Source of the DNA: a virus
Taxonomy: Duplodnaviria; Caudoviricetes
Virus record (IMG/VR): IMGVR_UViG_3300045187_000097
Location: 1 to 40,866 of that record
DNA length: 40,866 bases
Reading direction: 5' to 3' (one strand)
The translations under genes were made by a program, and so were the position numbers. Position 1 is the first letter of the stretch; every line of letters starts with the position of its first letter. The notes under the pieces were generated by a model. It ran no database searches, was not told the DNA's origin, and saw only the letters and a program-made list of their open reading frames with translations. Positions 1 to 9,571 of the stretch are shown here, piece after piece.

Positions 1-573
1 AACACGAATCAGCCAATTGTTATTAGCTTCTGGAAGCCCAATTCGATGGGTACGTTCATAATTTGCTGAAGTTTTACCTGACATCTGAGTATCAAGCATT
101 AACTCCCACGATCCGCCATCGGTTTGTACTTCAATGGTGTAATCAATCACAATACCCGAGACATCACCATTTTTAGGATCTTGTTGTTTTAAAGCACCAA
201 ATCTAACACGTACAATCACAGCATCAAGTGTAAGATTAGTCACACCTTTCACCCAAGGCGTATCACTTTTAAGTTCAACACCCACAGCAGTTTCAGATGC
301 AATACTTTCAAAGCCTTCCATATAAGTTTGGTCATTGGTCCCTGATCGAAAATCTAGAGTGACATCTTGAAAGTTTCTTGCACCACTGTCGTTTTCAACG
401 GGTGTGTCATCTAAATAGATAGACTTGTAGCCATTGGCTAAACCTTCAACTTCCCCTTCACTCATGCCATATTGTAAACGTGCATAAGTTTTAGATGCCG
501 TTGTATCGTTAGCAACCTTAGGTTGTCTTTGGCTTTGACTACCACCTTTCGCACCTTTAACTGTTTCAAGCAT
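1..573 (-). CDS. Tail tip / host specificity protein J (lambda gpJ-like), 5' part; runs off the window edge
   Basis: Not in the ORF track. Manual translation from ATG at 573 gives MLETVKGAKGGSQSQRQPKVANDTTASKTYARLQYGMSEGEVEGLANGYKSIYLDDTPV..., a typical gpJ N-terminus. It follows L-K-I. Confidence 0.9.
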   Translation of the reverse strand, partial: MLETVKGAKGGSQSQRQPKVANDTTASKTYARLQYGMSEGEVEGLANGYKSIYLDDTPVENDSGARNFQDVTLDFRSGTNDQTYMEGFESIASETAVGVELKSDTPWVKGVTNLTLDAVIVRVRFGALKQQDPKNGDVSGIVIDYTIEVQTDGGSWELMLDTQMSGKTSANYERTHRIGLPEANNNWLIRV

Positions 574-590
574 ACTTTTCACCACGCAAT

Positions 591-612
591 AAAAAAGCGC
601 TTTACGCGCTTA
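591..612 (-). terminator. Intrinsic terminator-like hairpin between tail I and J
   Basis: aagcgc-ttac-gcgctt-type stem followed by a T-run on the minus strand. Confidence 0.55.
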
Positions 613-626
613 TATTCTTCTTAAAA

Positions 627-1256
627 TTATTTCTTACCACCACTGCTGCCACCGCCTGTATAACCAGCATCAGCAGAACTAAAGGTATCGACTGCAAACT
701 GACCCGCATTTACAATGAATCCACCGACTTCGCGCTGACCATACAGAATTGGAACTGGATTACCTTGTGCAATAGTGGTCACAGCTCCACCAAAGCTTTT
801 ATTAGCCCTGTTTCCGTCTTGGTTTTGATCTTGTGCATCCGCTTTAGGAGTAAGCATTTGTGCAATTCCGCCTACAACCATTCCTGCGCCTGCACCTATT
901 AAAGCAACTCCTAAATTTGACGTTACTCCACCTGTCCAAAACCCTGCAACAATCAACACAGCACCAAGCACAAGCTGTAAAACACCACCATTACCACCAG
1001 CTCCCATAACTTTTGGCACAATCTTGATAACTTTGGCACCAGTATCAAAATCGATCTGATCTTCACTGATGTTTTCATCATCTTGAAAAATGGCAAAAGC
1101 TAAACCTTGTTCATGCGCATTCAGCATGAATTGTTCAAAGCCTGGTACTTGAACGGATAAGGCTTTGACTGCTTCACGGGTACTTTCAACAGCAAGCTTA
1201 AACTCCTTACCAAATTTCTTTCCCAATACGCCATAGAGTTTGATCGTTTTAAGCAT
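627..1256 (-). CDS. Tail assembly protein I (lambda gpI-like)
   Basis: N-terminus IKLYGVLGKKFG, ubiquitin-like first half, Gly-rich hydrophobic segment, GNPVPILYG motif; synteny. Confidence 0.9.
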   Translation of the reverse strand: MLKTIKLYGVLGKKFGKEFKLAVESTREAVKALSVQVPGFEQFMLNAHEQGLAFAIFQDDENISEDQIDFDTGAKVIKIVPKVMGAGGNGGVLQLVLGAVLIVAGFWTGGVTSNLGVALIGAGAGMVVGGIAQMLTPKADAQDQNQDGNRANKSFGGAVTTIAQGNPVPILYGQREVGGFIVNAGQFAVDTFSSADAGYTGGGSSGGKK

Positions 1257-1992
1257 CTTTGTGCCTCACTATTTTGACAACACGTTCTTGCCATTGTTGC
1301 CCAAAGATTTCACGCACGGACTTTCGACCATAAGGATGATGTAGGATTAATGGTCCACCAAAACATGCAGTGCTTTCTTCTGATTTGAGTTGCCATTGAT
1401 CGCCCAACCAGATCACAGCATGGTTCGGGTGTTCTGTACGTCCAACATTACACACCAACATATCGCCATACTGCGGTTGACTGACTTCATAAAATCCCGC
1501 TGCATCTAGGTTTTCTAAATAAAGCGATTTATGATTTTTATCACTCCACCAATTATCCAAACGCTCAAAATCAATGAGTTTAATATTTAACTCACGACGA
1601 TAAAAATCACGAACAATTGAATAGCAGTCTTGGTAGCCATGATGATAGTCACGACCAATGAGTGGTGCTTTATAACCACAGGGTTCATAGACCTGAAACT
1701 CAACTTCAGGATATGCACAAATCACCCATGGCTTTTCATGAAGTTCAATTTGCAATAAGTCTAAATCAGACGCGCGTGCTGTCGCATTTGGATGTGAGTG
1801 GACATAGGCTTGAATCTCACCTTGATCTTCGGCATTCGCCAAATCTTCATGGTGGATTTGAAATTGACCGTGTTCAGCAACATTGCGACACGCGATATAA
1901 CAACCAGAAACAATCACCCCGCAAGATTCTGCGGGGAAACATTGTTTAGCATGAGATAGAATCACTGCTTTGAGTTTTTTATTTAATTTCAT
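1249..1992 (-). CDS. Tail assembly protein K (JAB/MPN + NlpC/P60)
   Basis: ESCG, HSHP...SDLD JAB motif; DCYSIVRD and NHAVI..LHH NlpC motifs. Confidence 0.92.
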   Translation of the reverse strand: MKLNKKLKAVILSHAKQCFPAESCGVIVSGCYIACRNVAEHGQFQIHHEDLANAEDQGEIQAYVHSHPNATARASDLDLLQIELHEKPWVICAYPEVEFQVYEPCGYKAPLIGRDYHHGYQDCYSIVRDFYRRELNIKLIDFERLDNWWSDKNHKSLYLENLDAAGFYEVSQPQYGDMLVCNVGRTEHPNHAVIWLGDQWQLKSEESTACFGGPLILHHPYGRKSVREIFGQQWQERVVKIVRHKDA

Positions 1993-1994
1993 TT

Positions 1995-2753
1995 TTACAC
2001 CATTGAAGATGCAGGGAATCCACCAAAATGAAGTTCATTCTCACGACAACGGCAACCTGATGTTCGATAGTTACATCGATCTAAAACAGGATTATCTGTC
2101 GATTCATCTTTTTCGGTAAACATTGCTGCACCAATGTAGCCACATTCTTCACTTCGATATTCCCAGTTGCAGTAATTTGAGATTTGTCGTGTAGGAATCT
2201 TTAGCCCTTCAAAATCCACTGGATTAGAAAGTTCAAAGGTTACCTGCTGAGCATTTTCAGAAGTCTTTTGTTCAATAAACCAAATCTGCTCACGTTTCTC
2301 GCTTGAATTCGCACTGGTATTCCCAGTACTAAAGTTTTCTGCATCCAGATATTTGGCTAAGGTGGTGATGACTTTAAGCTTTGCACCTGCAAAGTCGCCA
2401 AACTGTAAACAATATGCAGTGACTGCTCCCTGTATGCCATTAATATTGTTGGTCATACTTAAAGTAGGTGCGGAAGCCTTACCATCACTTCGCATTTCTA
2501 AACCACTGACTTGTAATGCCATGGGTTCAAATGTCTGACCATCAAAGATGATGTTACGATGCCAAACTTTTTTATCACCAGTATCAGTAACCATCGGACC
2601 ATCAGAACCAATCGAGCTATAAATCTTTTCCCAATCTTGGAATGAAATATGTCCGTGGAAACGCAAGATGCCAGCACCTAAAGCGCTGGCATCTAATTCA
2701 AATAAGGTAATTAAGCCATCTACATAAAGTTTCTGAAAATCACTATTTAACAT
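1995..2753 (-). CDS. Minor tail protein L
   Basis: LFELD...LRFHG, TTLAKYLDAENF, C-terminal Cys cluster (CNWEYRSEECGY...CNYRTSGC), FGGFP; start probably at the ATG at 2753. Confidence 0.9.
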   Translation of the reverse strand: MLNSDFQKLYVDGLITLFELDASALGAGILRFHGHISFQDWEKIYSSIGSDGPMVTDTGDKKVWHRNIIFDGQTFEPMALQVSGLEMRSDGKASAPTLSMTNNINGIQGAVTAYCLQFGDFAGAKLKVITTLAKYLDAENFSTGNTSANSSEKREQIWFIEQKTSENAQQVTFELSNPVDFEGLKIPTRQISNYCNWEYRSEECGYIGAAMFTEKDESTDNPVLDRCNYRTSGCRCRENELHFGGFPASSMV

Positions 2754-3072
2754 CTTCATTCACCACAATATCGAGGTTCAAACCCTCATCATCATAAATA
2801 GCCTGGATAGATTGAATTGAAATCCCTGAACGATTCTGCATAGAAACAATATAGGGAATCAGCCAACTGATAAATTGTGCTTCTTTTAATGAGATACGGC
2901 TTAAATCAGGCTCTTTATCCTTTTTTAAGCCGATTAATACATCATCTGTCGCCTTGTTATAATCAATCGATAGGTAATCTATTTTTGATCCAAACTCATA
3001 AGCAGATGCATCAATTTTAGCCATGAGTGCTGCAGTAAAACTTGCTTCGATTCGTGTAAATTGCTTTGACAT
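2743..3072 (-). CDS. Hypothetical protein inserted between tail M and L
   Basis: 109-aa ORF with RBS-like AGGAAC upstream; overlaps the L start. Confidence 0.7.
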   Translation of the reverse strand: MSKQFTRIEASFTAALMAKIDASAYEFGSKIDYLSIDYNKATDDVLIGLKKDKEPDLSRISLKEAQFISWLIPYIVSMQNRSGISIQSIQAIYDDEGLNLDIVVNEDVK

Positions 3073-3091
3073 TTTTAATGTTCCTTCAAGT

Positions 3092-3113
3092 AAAAAGCCC
3101 CAACGAGTGGGGC
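3092..3113 (-). terminator. Intrinsic terminator after tail M
   Basis: gcccca-acgag-tggggc stem followed by a T-run on the minus strand. Confidence 0.6.
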
Positions 3114-3129
3114 ATGAAGTTAAGTGGAT

Positions 3130-3474
3130 TTAGGGGTAAAAGACTTGGGTGAATGTGGTTGAGATTGTCCAGATCATTCCACCCACTTGACTAGGTGAAT
3201 AGCTTGTATCTGTTTTAACTCTCACTTCACCATCTAAAGGAGCATTCCAGAGAAATGAATCAGCACCTTTATGTCGATCAAAAAAAGCTTTGATTTGAAG
3301 AATCTCATCTTTTGTTGATGTGCGTTTGTATGCCCATTCTCCCTTTCTATTATTAATGCCTACTGAGATATTTTGTTCGTAGCCATCTCCAAATTTAGAA
3401 GTCAAAGTATTGAAGTTTTGTTTGCTTGAGTTCCCATCCAAATCACAAGGGAATGTAAATTTTTCATTGCTCAT
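3130..3474 (-). CDS. Minor tail protein M
   Basis: KFGDGYEQ...GINN, FFDRHKGADSFLW motifs. Confidence 0.9.
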   Translation of the reverse strand: MSNEKFTFPCDLDGNSSKQNFNTLTSKFGDGYEQNISVGINNRKGEWAYKRTSTKDEILQIKAFFDRHKGADSFLWNAPLDGEVRVKTDTSYSPSQVGGMIWTISTTFTQVFYP

Positions 3475-3488
3475 AAATTGCGTCCAAT

Positions 3489-3515
3489 AAAAAACCCACT
3501 CAGGTGAGTGGGTTT
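3489..3515 (-). terminator. Intrinsic terminator
   Basis: aaacccactca-gg-tgagtgggttt inverted repeat. Confidence 0.7.
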
Positions 3516-3555
3516 GATTAAGCTAAAAATTCAATTTATACAGATTTAAATCCTA

Positions 3556-4011
3556 TCAAGACTGTAAAACATATTTAGCATTAAATACTAAACCGGGTAA
3601 TACCGTATCTGGCTTATCATTGAAGCAAACATATTTAACAACCATGCCCGAAGGGTTTACTACATTGTATTGTGTGCCTGATTTAGAAACATACACCAAC
3701 GAACCATTATCAAGTTTTTGGAGACCCGTGTTTACTACATGAGATGATTGTGTAAATGACTGTCTGATATTTCCAACTGCGACAAAATAACTACAACCAA
3801 GTTTGATAGAGGTTTCAGCTGCTTTGCGAATCGAATACTCTCTTCTTAAGTAAGGTGGTGTAGATTGATTGATTCTAGATGTAACTTCAAATACATTGTC
3901 ATCTATGATGGTAGCTTTAACACCCAAATTACCAGGACCGCCTGCTTCCCTGTAAGATGTAGCACAACCAGTAATTATTACAGTCAAAATAGCTATTAAA
4001 AGTATACGCAT
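3556..4011 (-). CDS. Putative lipoprotein (moron)
   Basis: MRILLIAILTVIITG-C lipobox; bracketed by terminators; start probably at the ATG at 4011. Confidence 0.75.
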   Translation of the reverse strand: MRILLIAILTVIITGCATSYREAGGPGNLGVKATIIDDNVFEVTSRINQSTPPYLRREYSIRKAAETSIKLGCSYFVAVGNIRQSFTQSSHVVNTGLQKLDNGSLVYVSKSGTQYNVVNPSGMVVKYVCFNDKPDTVLPGLVFNAKYVLQS

Positions 4012-4187
4012 TTTAATCAACTCTTAGATTTTTTAATTAGAACAGTAACTTAATTTCAATATGATAAAAAATTTACATATTTAAAATATTTTGAGATGAA
4101 TTATACACTATTTTATTAATCAAAATTGAATATTTGTAAGAGTGAAACCTCCTGAAGGGGGTCTGATTCATAGCTCGACATTTTTAG

Positions 4188-4209
4188 AAAAGCACCTTAG
4201 GGTGCTTTT
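4188..4209. terminator. Bidirectional intrinsic terminator
   Basis: aaaagcacc-tta-gggtgctttt. Confidence 0.65.
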
Positions 4210-4211
4210 AT

Positions 4212-4793
4212 TTATAAACCACTTGCATCTCGTGATTTTCTTTCTTTTGAACAGCTATTGATATTTGATAACTCGTAAGTAATCGTCACATAACCTGTAT
4301 TTCCACTATCAGCAATCGCATTCAGCATTAAATCTTCAATACCATTTGATTCATTAACACCCCACATTGCAGTCAATGTTCTTTCTTCTTTGTACAATCC
4401 CATCATCCAATCATTATGCTCTTTCCAAATACTACCTACTCTTAAAAAATCATAATCTCTTGTTGGTTTTCCATACTTAGAAGTTAATAGATTCTTTAAA
4501 TCTAAAAATTCAGACTTTATTGCATCACCATATACATTAGTATTTAAAGTTTTTCCCACCCCTACAACCTTACATAATCCTGACTTTGGCGTAATTAACA
4601 TGCCATAGCTAATTAAACCTGCAACTGGCTTTGGAATTTTTGTAAACATATAATAATTATCACTAATTCTTATTGGATCCCCTGCTATTCTTTTTACTTC
4701 TATTAACGACATTCCTGTTTTTAATCCAAATGGTGCTTCAGCATTAGCAAGTCCTGAAAACAAAAGCCCCCCTATTAAAAATAATTTTTTCAT
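4212..4793 (-). CDS. Secreted/periplasmic hypothetical protein (moron)
   Basis: Signal peptide MKKLFLIGGLLFSGLANA|EAPFGL; start at ATG 4793 with a GGAG RBS rather than 4871. Confidence 0.75.
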   Translation of the reverse strand: MKKLFLIGGLLFSGLANAEAPFGLKTGMSLIEVKRIAGDPIRISDNYYMFTKIPKPVAGLISYGMLITPKSGLCKVVGVGKTLNTNVYGDAIKSEFLDLKNLLTSKYGKPTRDYDFLRVGSIWKEHNDWMMGLYKEERTLTAMWGVNESNGIEDLMLNAIADSGNTGYVTITYELSNINSCSKERKSRDASGL

Positions 4794-4840
4794 TCTAAAG
4801 CACTCCTTGAAGTGCTTATAAAATATCAATAAATTAAAAT

Positions 4841-4860
4841 AAAAGCCACCGAGGTGGCTT
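4841..4860 (-). terminator. Terminator after tape measure gene
   Basis: aagccacc-ga-ggtggctt. Confidence 0.6.
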
Positions 4861-4874
4861 CCTCTGATCAATAA

Positions 4875-7800
4875 CTACCAGCCTTGACGTTTTGACATCA
4901 TAAAGCGTTTCTCTATCTTAGCATCCATCATAGCCTCATTTTTCTTTTGCATCTCCCTTAAAACCAAATGTAATTCATTCCCATCCCATTGAGATGTTGC
5001 TTCTACAGGCTGAGAAGTTTGATTAATAATGATGACTTTTGGTTGGGCTGACATGCTATTGCTGCGCTGAATAGAATCAAACTGCCTTCTTTCAACATCA
5101 GCATTACTCATTCGAGAAACACCAATCAAGCCGCCATCTCTAAACTTTTCAGTAGGTTGCTTGTTAGGTAGAGAGAACTGATACTTTGCAGCATTAAACT
5201 CGCTTTGAAAAGGCAGTTCACCTGTCTTGTTCATGTAATTCAATGCAACTAAACCAAGCTTTGATACTGCTGCTTGGCGAATCATAAATTCACCATTTGA
5301 TGCCATGATCGGAATATCATCACTTGTTCCAGTACCTTTGCCTGTGATGTGTCCACCAGTAGCAAAACCTTGAGGTGTAATTGCTTGAATCATCGCCAAA
5401 AATGTTCCTTGATCCAAAGCAGCCTTAGCCCCTGCTGCTACTTTCTGCCACACAGTACCTGGTTCTTTAGCATAAGCATCTGAAACAGAGGACCATAAAT
5501 TCATACCAGCTTGAGTGAGTGCAAAACCCTGTTGCATTGCAAACATTGTTTTGTAAGCTCCTGAGCTTTCTCCCAAAATCCCCCTAAACATATTTGCAAA
5601 TGAACCAGTTAATTGCTGAGCTTGGGTTAACTGCAAGTTCAACGAATCCTTTTGATACTGATTTTCGATATCAATCATCCGCTGATTATGTGCAGCCCAA
5701 ATTTGCTCACGAACCTCTGCCAATTTTTCCAGATCAGCACCTGGTTCTTGCTTTTGTCTCTCAACATCAGCAATTTGTGTGTCAAAAAGATTCTGTGATA
5801 CATCCATTCTATTAAAGCGCTCTTGACCCACTTGGTATCGTGCAGAAGAACCATCCATTTGAGAACGGACCGAATCCCAGCCCATGGACGCATCCTTTAG
5901 TCGACGATTCATGTCTACTTGATTCTGTAGTTCAAGCATCTGTGTTTTAAACGCTTTTTCAGCAGGATCGTCATTACTCTGAGCAATAAGTCTTTTTTCT
6001 ATGTCATATCTAGCCTTAGCTAATTGAAGCTCTGACATGTAGAATTCAGTTGATTGAAGTAAACGTTGGTCTTTAGCAAGTTTAGACTTTTCAAGTTCAA
6101 ACGCAAATTGATCATCAATTGACTTTTTATGGAGAGCCTTAACCTCATCGCTATATTTACCATCAGCATCTAATTGTAGCTTAGCTGAATCACGCTGATA
6201 AATTAGCTTTTGGTCCTCGGTATATTTGAAACCATTCAACTCATAATCTTGTTGAAGATTATTGAGCTTCGTTTGTGCTTCAAATCGAGTGGTTAACTGA
6301 GCTTCATATGATTTCTTTTCATCGCTTGATAAGGCTGAATTTTCACGAATTTTCTTGAGTTGGTCCTTATATTCTTGCTCCTCTTGAAGACCTTTCGACA
6401 TAAAATCCTTACGGATTTTTTCAGCTTCCTCTTGAGTTTTTTCAAGCATTTTAACTTGATCATTTAAGAGCAATTCATAGTCTTTAGAGCTCCCTGAAAA
6501 ACCACTCATTCCTCCCATGTAGCCATAATAATCTTTGATGTACTGATTATTATATTTACCAAGGTTTTTACCTTTTTGGACATTACCCTCGCCTGCATGG
6601 TATGCACGAACTGCTTTCTCTACATTTCCATTGAAAAGCTTCAGTAGATATGAAAGATATTTTGCAGCACCTTCGGCAGATTGCGCTAAGTTATAGCGAT
6701 CTTTAACACCATACTGGTCACCAGTTCCTTTAAGAAATTGGAAACCACCTGCAGCACCAGAACCTTTGTTATATGCATTTGCATTACCACGAGATTCAAT
6801 CATATGAATCGCAGACAACATTCCGCTTGGTAGCCCATACTTGCCTTCTAATCCACCGAAGTTATATTTAGCAGCATTTGCCTTAACTTTTTCGTTGACC
6901 TTTAAGACTTTAAGTTGCTTCTCAAGCTCCTCAGTACGATCTTTTTCAGATTTGGCTTGTTGTTCGTCTAGATTTTTGATCTTTTGCTTAATTGAAAGAT
7001 CCGCCATCATTAAGCTAAACGCACCAGTATCAACTGCCTGATCTTTGCCAAGTAAACCTTGAGTTTGCTTAAGTTTTACATAGGCTTCAGCATATTCCTT
7101 AGATATGCCTTTTGCTCTTAATGCTAATACTTCACTATTACTAGAGATGCTACTCAAAGTATCGTTAATGAACTTTTGAACCTCAGCACTTAAACCTTTT
7201 ATTTGTGCAGCAGAACCTACGGCTTCTTTTCCAAACTGAGCAACTCCCTCTGCTCCGGTTTTAGCTGCTTTGGCATGATCAATATGTTTATTGGAGGCAA
7301 TGCTTAGAATTTGGTTTTGTTTCTCAATTTCAGTGTTACTACTCTTGACAGTAGATCCAACTTGAGCAGCTAATTTGAGAGAATGCGGACTAACAATATT
7401 TTGCTTTTCAAGGTTGGCAAATGCTGTTTTTGCTCGCTCTCCACCAGCTTGTAACTCAACTAAATAAGTTTGCAAAGCTTTCGCTTGACCAGTTTCACCC
7501 TGACCATTCAGATCACTTATATATTGTTTAAGTGAGACAAAAACTGATGCTATTTTTTTGTTTTGGGTTTCAATAGCATCAGCGGCATCTAATGCCTTTA
7601 ACTTCAATTGCTCAGCATTCAGTTGACTGTATTTTTCACGCAACTCATCAACACTCAAACCTTGCTCTTCTAATGATGTATTAACATCCTTAGATGAATC
7701 TTTCATCAATAAAAAGCTTGATGCGACTCCAATCCCTGCTACAACCAAACCTACTGGACCACCCAGTGCAAGATATAAAGAACGTGCTGCTGTTGTTGAT

Positions 7801-8858
7801 GCATTCATGGCGCCAGTTTGGGTTAGAATCGCCGCAGTTGCCCAACCAGCTTTTATACCAGTTTGAACAAATGCGGCAACTAAACGCCCACCATAAATTG
7901 AAGCCGCAATTCCACCTAAAACAGCAAGCTTATCTACATGTTCGCCAAGAAATCCTAGTCCTGCGGCCAAAGTTCCTGTTAATTTAGTCGTTTCATTTAG
8001 TTTGCCAAGAAAAACTGTTGTTTTGTTTGACAGCTGAGTTAAGCCATCTGCAAAACTGTTCTCCATGTTGTTGGCAAGTTTTTCATTCTGTTCGCGAGTA
8101 GCAACCAATGTTTTAATTAGATCTTCAAGGGATGCTTTACCAGTTGCTCCAAGTAGACGAATTTCAGACTCAGTTTTTCCTGTGGTTTTTGCCATGTCAG
8201 CAATAATATTATCAGCACCAGTTACAATCGAAATCCATGCGTCTGCATCAATTGTGCCTTTAGCCATCGATTTTGATAGTGCATCCATTGCAGATTGCGC
8301 TTGATCAGCTCGTGTTGCATTAGCTGTAAAGGCAAACGATAAAGAATCTGATAAGTCTAAAGTTTGCTTGGTACTGTAGCCAAGTGACTTCATCCCACCC
8401 GCAAGTGAAAGATAAACCTCTTGAGCTTCGTTTAATGCCCGAAATGTTGTATTTGCGGTTACCAGCAATCTTTCTTGGACTAAGTTGTACTCTTGAGCGC
8501 TAGATGTCGCATTTCGTATACGTGCCGCCATCTGTGTGTAATTATCAGCCGCAGCAATACCTTTGCTGATAGAGATGTAACCAGCCACAAATTTAGCCAT
8601 TTCTTTGATGGCTAAGCCATTTTGATTGACTTGCTTTTCCTGATCACTTAAAGCCTTAGTCGTATTATTCACAGTAGTATTGAAGTTTTGAGTAATGTTG
8701 CTTGTGACTTGAATAGTTTTGCCAAGCTTCGAAGTTGAATCACTCGCCTTTTCACCACCAGTAAAGATTTTAACCAACTCTTTACTTAACTCTTCAGCAT
8801 TCTTTTTAGCTTGTTCAGAGCTGATTTCAATTACTAAACGGCTTGTTTGTTCTGTCAT
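4875..8858 (-). CDS. Tape measure protein with an internal lytic transglycosylase (SLT) domain
   Basis: 1327 aa, Ala-rich helical; tape-measure N-terminal domain (ADNYTQMAARIR); SLT motifs IESRGN, GGFQF, AYHAGEG; GFATGG..GTGTSDDIP..SNGEF C-terminal motif. Confidence 0.95.
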   Translation of the reverse strand: MTEQTSRLVIEISSEQAKKNAEELSKELVKIFTGGEKASDSTSKLGKTIQVTSNITQNFNTTVNNTTKALSDQEKQVNQNGLAIKEMAKFVAGYISISKGIAAADNYTQMAARIRNATSSAQEYNLVQERLLVTANTTFRALNEAQEVYLSLAGGMKSLGYSTKQTLDLSDSLSFAFTANATRADQAQSAMDALSKSMAKGTIDADAWISIVTGADNIIADMAKTTGKTESEIRLLGATGKASLEDLIKTLVATREQNEKLANNMENSFADGLTQLSNKTTVFLGKLNETTKLTGTLAAGLGFLGEHVDKLAVLGGIAASIYGGRLVAAFVQTGIKAGWATAAILTQTGAMNASTTAARSLYLALGGPVGLVVAGIGVASSFLLMKDSSKDVNTSLEEQGLSVDELREKYSQLNAEQLKLKALDAADAIETQNKKIASVFVSLKQYISDLNGQGETGQAKALQTYLVELQAGGERAKTAFANLEKQNIVSPHSLKLAAQVGSTVKSSNTEIEKQNQILSIASNKHIDHAKAAKTGAEGVAQFGKEAVGSAAQIKGLSAEVQKFINDTLSSISSNSEVLALRAKGISKEYAEAYVKLKQTQGLLGKDQAVDTGAFSLMMADLSIKQKIKNLDEQQAKSEKDRTEELEKQLKVLKVNEKVKANAAKYNFGGLEGKYGLPSGMLSAIHMIESRGNANAYNKGSGAAGGFQFLKGTGDQYGVKDRYNLAQSAEGAAKYLSYLLKLFNGNVEKAVRAYHAGEGNVQKGKNLGKYNNQYIKDYYGYMGGMSGFSGSSKDYELLLNDQVKMLEKTQEEAEKIRKDFMSKGLQEEQEYKDQLKKIRENSALSSDEKKSYEAQLTTRFEAQTKLNNLQQDYELNGFKYTEDQKLIYQRDSAKLQLDADGKYSDEVKALHKKSIDDQFAFELEKSKLAKDQRLLQSTEFYMSELQLAKARYDIEKRLIAQSNDDPAEKAFKTQMLELQNQVDMNRRLKDASMGWDSVRSQMDGSSARYQVGQERFNRMDVSQNLFDTQIADVERQKQEPGADLEKLAEVREQIWAAHNQRMIDIENQYQKDSLNLQLTQAQQLTGSFANMFRGILGESSGAYKTMFAMQQGFALTQAGMNLWSSVSDAYAKEPGTVWQKVAAGAKAALDQGTFLAMIQAITPQGFATGGHITGKGTGTSDDIPIMASNGEFMIRQAAVSKLGLVALNYMNKTGELPFQSEFNAAKYQFSLPNKQPTEKFRDGGLIGVSRMSNADVERRQFDSIQRSNSMSAQPKVIIINQTSQPVEATSQWDGNELHLVLREMQKKNEAMMDAKIEKRFMMSKRQGW

Positions 8859-8935
8859 TTGGATTACCTTTAGGCGTAAAAAAGCGCCTAAAGGCGCATT
8901 GCGGACAATAAAAAACCAACCATTTGTGGGTCGGT

Positions 8936-9109
8936 TTAGTTGAGATTAAATTTGCTTTCTAGGATTTTAATAAACAGATTTAACAATCTAATTCCAGCGT
9001 AAATTAAAGCCATATATCCAAAGAAATAAATAAAGCTTGATGGGTTTAAGTTAATTGCTTCCATTACTACTCCTAGCATCTGGATTGAAAAACTGGTATA
9101 TTCAGACAT
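8936..9109 (-). CDS. Small single-TM protein, possible type I toxin
   Basis: GAGGAG RBS 10 nt upstream of ATG 9109; 57 aa with hydrophobic FIYFFGYMALIYAGIRLLNLFI. Confidence 0.55.
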   Translation of the reverse strand: MSEYTSFSIQMLGVVMEAINLNPSSFIYFFGYMALIYAGIRLLNLFIKILESKFNLN

Positions 9110-9185
9110 ACAGATATATCTCCTCTTTTCTTTGCGGTTAAGTGGATGTAAAAAACCCCGAAAGCGCCAACTCTCGGGGTTTTGT
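9109..9185 (+). ncRNA. Putative antisense sRNA over the RBS of the small TM gene
   Basis: + strand promoter TAGCAT(9074-9079)-17 bp-TATATT(9097-9102) with an extended -10 TG; ends in terminator aaaaccccga...tcggggtttt (9152-9183). Confidence 0.45.
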
Positions 9186-9247
9186 TTTGGTCTATAGAAA
9201 ACCATACGAATATAGTTCTCTCTTATACGTGTAGCTCTATTGAAAGA

Positions 9248-9571
9248 TCACTTCTGTTTGCTCGCCTCTTCCAAAAACAGGTTGTCTAAAGCAAAGATAC
9301 AATCATTGAAAATCCATCTAGGTACTGGTGATTCATACTGATCACAGTAATCATTCACAGCCCCAAGACTTAAAGCCATAGGAATGCATTGCTCATACTG
9401 TCTAGAACGAGCAATCACGTAATAAGCTGAAAGAATGGAGTGAGCTGTGTATGAATATTCAGGCGGTAGATAGTAGTCAGGCAATGGCTGACCTAGCTTT
9501 TGATAGACTTCTCTTGCTTTTTCGATGTCCCACTTCGCTGTTTGGTACTTGTAGAGCTGGATGACTTTCCC
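9248..9571 (-). CDS. Tail assembly chaperone GT C-terminal extension (-1 frameshift product)
   Basis: The -1 frame after GGGAAAG is open: VIQLYKYQTAKWDIEKAREVYQKLGQPLPDYYLPPEY...ALDNLFLEEASKQK. Confidence 0.85.
   Translation of the reverse strand, partial: GKVIQLYKYQTAKWDIEKAREVYQKLGQPLPDYYLPPEYSYTAHSILSAYYVIARSRQYEQCIPMALSLGAVNDYCDQYESPVPRWIFNDCIFALDNLFLEEASKQK

Noticed and set aside
1662-2538. Plus-strand ORFs 1662-1949 and 2353-2538
   Set aside because: Antisense shadows of tail K and L with no motifs.
5594-8943. Short ORFs inside the tape measure gene (5594, 5675, 6841, 7694, 8065, 8719)
   Set aside because: Overlap a well-supported long CDS; typical shadow frames.
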